A DNA stretch of 64,000 bases from Pseudomonas aeruginosa PAO1 (lineage in GTDB: Bacteria; Pseudomonadota; Gammaproteobacteria; Pseudomonadales; Pseudomonadaceae). Below the pieces are notes generated by a model. That model was not told the origin of the DNA, searched no databases, and was given only the letters and a program-made list of their open reading frames with translations. Location of the stretch: the NCBI RefSeq assembly GCF_000006765.1, contig NC_002516.2. The stretch is one strand, 5' to 3'. Position 1 is the stretch's first letter; each line of letters begins with the position of its first letter. Positions 61,880 through 64,000 of this stretch are shown here, one piece after another. Made by a program: the position numbers and the translations under genes.

Positions 61880-63940
61880 ATGGCCTTCGAAGCAATGTTC
61901 CAGCCGATCCAGATCGGCAAGCTGACCATCCGCAACCGCGTGCTCTCCACCGCCCACGCCGAGGTCTACGCCACCGACGGCGGGATGACCACCGAGCGCT
62001 ACGTGAAGTACTACGAGGAAAAGGCCAAGGGCGGCATCGGCCTGGCCATCTGTGGCGGCTCCTCGGTGGTCGCCATCGACAGCCCGCAGCAGTGGTGGAG
62101 TTCGGTGAACCTGTCCACCGACCGGATCATCCCGCACTTCCAGAACCTGGCGGACGCCATGCACAAGCACGGCGCCAAGATCATGATCCAGATTACCCAC
62201 ATGGGGCGCCGTTCGCGCTGGGACGGCTACCACTGGCCGACCCTGATGTCGCCGTCGGGTATCCGCGAGCCGGTGCATCGCGCCACCTGCAAGACCATCG
62301 AGGTGGAGGAGATCTGGCGGGTCATCGGCAACTACGCGCAGGCCGCCCGCCGCGCCAAGGAAGGCGGCCTGGACGGCGTCGAGCTGTCCGCCGTGCACCA
62401 GCACATGATCGACCAGTTCTGGAGCCCACGGGTCAACAAGCGCACCGACGAGTGGGGTGGCAGCTTCGAGGGGCGCATGAAGTTCGGCCTCGAGGTGCTC
62501 AAGGCGGTGCGCGCCGAGGTCGGCGAGGACTTCTGCGTCGGCATGCGCATCTGCGGTGACGAGTTCCACCCGGACGGCCTGTCCCACGAGGACATGAAGC
62601 AGATCGCCAAGTACTACAGCGATACCGGCATGCTCGACTTCATCGGCGTGGTCGGCTCCGGCTGCGATACCCACAACACCCTGGCCAACGTCATCCCCAA
62701 CATGACCTTCCCGCCGGAGCCGTTCCTGCACCTGGCGGCCGGCATCAAGGAAGTGGTCGACGTGCCGGTGCTGCACGCGCAGAACATCAAGGACCCGAAC
62801 CAGGCTACGCGGATCCTCGAAGGCGGCTACGTGGACATGGTCGGCATGACTCGCGCGCACATCGCCGACCCGCACCTGATCGCTAAGATCAAGATGGGCC
62901 AGGTCGACCAGATCAAGCAGTGCGTCGGCGCCAACTACTGCATCGACCGCCAGTACCAGGGCCTGGACGTGCTGTGCATCCAGAACGCCGCGACCTCCCG
63001 CGAATACATGGGCGTGCCGCACATCATCGAGAAGTCCGCCGGACCGAAGCGCAAGGTGGTGGTGGTCGGCGGCGGGCCGGCCGGGATGGAAGCGGCCCGC
63101 GTGGCGGCCGAGCGCGGCCACGACGTGACCCTGTTCGAGAAGAAGGAGCAGCTCGGCGGCCAGATCACCACCGCCGCCAAGGCGCCGCAACGCGACCAGA
63201 TCGCCGGCATCACCCGTTGGTACCAGCTGGAGCTGGCGCGCCTGGGCATCGACCTGCGCCTGGGCACCGCGGCCGACCCCGAGACCATCCTCGACCTGCG
63301 CCCGGACGTGGTGGTGCTGGCCAACGGCGGACATCCGTTCCTCGAGCAGAACGAACACTGGGGCGCCGCCGAAGGCCTGGTGGTGAGCAGCTGGGACGTG
63401 CTCGACGGCACGGTCGAGCCAGGCAAGAACGTGCTGGTCTACGACACCATCTGCGAGTTCAGCGGCATGTCGGTGGCGGACTTCCTCGCCGACAAGGGCG
63501 CCCAGGTGGAGATCGTCACCGACGACATCAAGCCGGGCGTGGCCATCGGCGGCACCACCTTCCCCACCTACTACCGCAGCATGTATCCCAAGGAAGTGAT
63601 CATGACCGGCGACCTCATGCTGGAGAAGGTCTACCGCGAGGGCGACAAGCTGGTGGCGGTGCTGGAGAACGAATACACCGGCGCGCGGGAAGAGCGGGTG
63701 GTCGACCAGGTGGTGGTGGAAAACGGCGTGCGCCCCGACGAGAGCCTCTACTACGCGCTCAAGCAGGGCTCGCGGAACAAGGGCCAGATCGACGTCGAGG
63801 CGCTGTTCGCGATCCAGCCGCAGCCCTGCCTCAGCCAGCCCGGAGAAGGCTACCTGCTGTTCCGCATCGGCGACTGCGTGGCCCAGCGCAACACCCATGC
63901 GGCGATCTATGACGCGCTGCGCTTGTGCAAGGATTTCTAA
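61880..63940 (+). CDS. dgcA: Dimethylglycine demethylation protein A (OYE/TMADH-like flavoprotein)
   Basis: OYE barrel (QITHMGRR, DGVELSAVH), CVGANYC Fe-S motif and VVGGGPAGMEAA. Confidence 0.9.
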   Translation: MAFEAMFQPIQIGKLTIRNRVLSTAHAEVYATDGGMTTERYVKYYEEKAKGGIGLAICGGSSVVAIDSPQQWWSSVNLSTDRIIPHFQNLADAMHKHGAKIMIQITHMGRRSRWDGYHWPTLMSPSGIREPVHRATCKTIEVEEIWRVIGNYAQAARRAKEGGLDGVELSAVHQHMIDQFWSPRVNKRTDEWGGSFEGRMKFGLEVLKAVRAEVGEDFCVGMRICGDEFHPDGLSHEDMKQIAKYYSDTGMLDFIGVVGSGCDTHNTLANVIPNMTFPPEPFLHLAAGIKEVVDVPVLHAQNIKDPNQATRILEGGYVDMVGMTRAHIADPHLIAKIKMGQVDQIKQCVGANYCIDRQYQGLDVLCIQNAATSREYMGVPHIIEKSAGPKRKVVVVGGGPAGMEAARVAAERGHDVTLFEKKEQLGGQITTAAKAPQRDQIAGITRWYQLELARLGIDLRLGTAADPETILDLRPDVVVLANGGHPFLEQNEHWGAAEGLVVSSWDVLDGTVEPGKNVLVYDTICEFSGMSVADFLADKGAQVEIVTDDIKPGVAIGGTTFPTYYRSMYPKEVIMTGDLMLEKVYREGDKLVAVLENEYTGAREERVVDQVVVENGVRPDESLYYALKQGSRNKGQIDVEALFAIQPQPCLSQPGEGYLLFRIGDCVAQRNTHAAIYDALRLCKDF

Positions 63941-63978
63941 GACACGCCTCGTGGCATCCGACCGGCACGGCCGCTCCC

Positions 63979-64000
63979 CCTCTCCCGCAAGCGGGAGAGG
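63979..64000. repeat. Second CCTCTCCC/GGGAGAGG palindrome (cut by the window end)
   Basis: CCTCTCCCG-CAAG-CGGGAGAGG. Confidence 0.6.

Noticed and set aside
59900-63898. 1332-aa minus-strand ORF
   Set aside because: It is antisense to three well-supported genes. Long stop-free antisense frames are expected from the strong GC3 codon bias, and it has no recognisable motifs.

Overview
Core-genome window of Pseudomonas aeruginosa. The 16S sequence and gene order match, from my recall, the PAO1 PA5345-PA5398 region. Order: recG (5' end outside the window), sadB, an SCP2-like gene, an HU-like gene, rubredoxin reductase with two rubredoxins, glcC/glcDEFG, ubiCA, phoBR, a CBS-domain transporter, an M23 peptidase, an orphan response regulator, pstSCAB-phoU, a complete minus-strand rRNA operon (16S-tRNA-Ile-tRNA-Ala-23S-5S), an MFS transporter and a thioesterase. 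A large quaternary-amine region follows: betIBA, betT1, cbcXWV, sdaB, gbdR, a LysR/YeiH pair, the caiX-cdhCAB-hocS carnitine operon, cdhR, an uncharacterised four-gene operon, cls, and the start of the dimethylglycine (dgc) operon. I found no IS, prophage, integrase, CRISPR array or obvious pseudogene. The best candidate for an undescribed system is the operon at 53945-57618: a flavin monooxygenase, a Rid protein lacking the catalytic Arg, a DUF1028 Ntn-type protein and an M20 amidohydrolase, preceded by a LysR-type box with no adjacent regulator. Other signals are regulatory: a BetI-like operator upstream of gbdR, 21-bp-periodic GGTCGC arrays, Pho-box geometry suggesting a leaderless pstC, three tandem rrn promoters, tail-to-tail overlaps at both ends of the carnitine cluster, and a 16S helix-26 variant. 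Gene names and reference comparisons come from memory, not from database searches.
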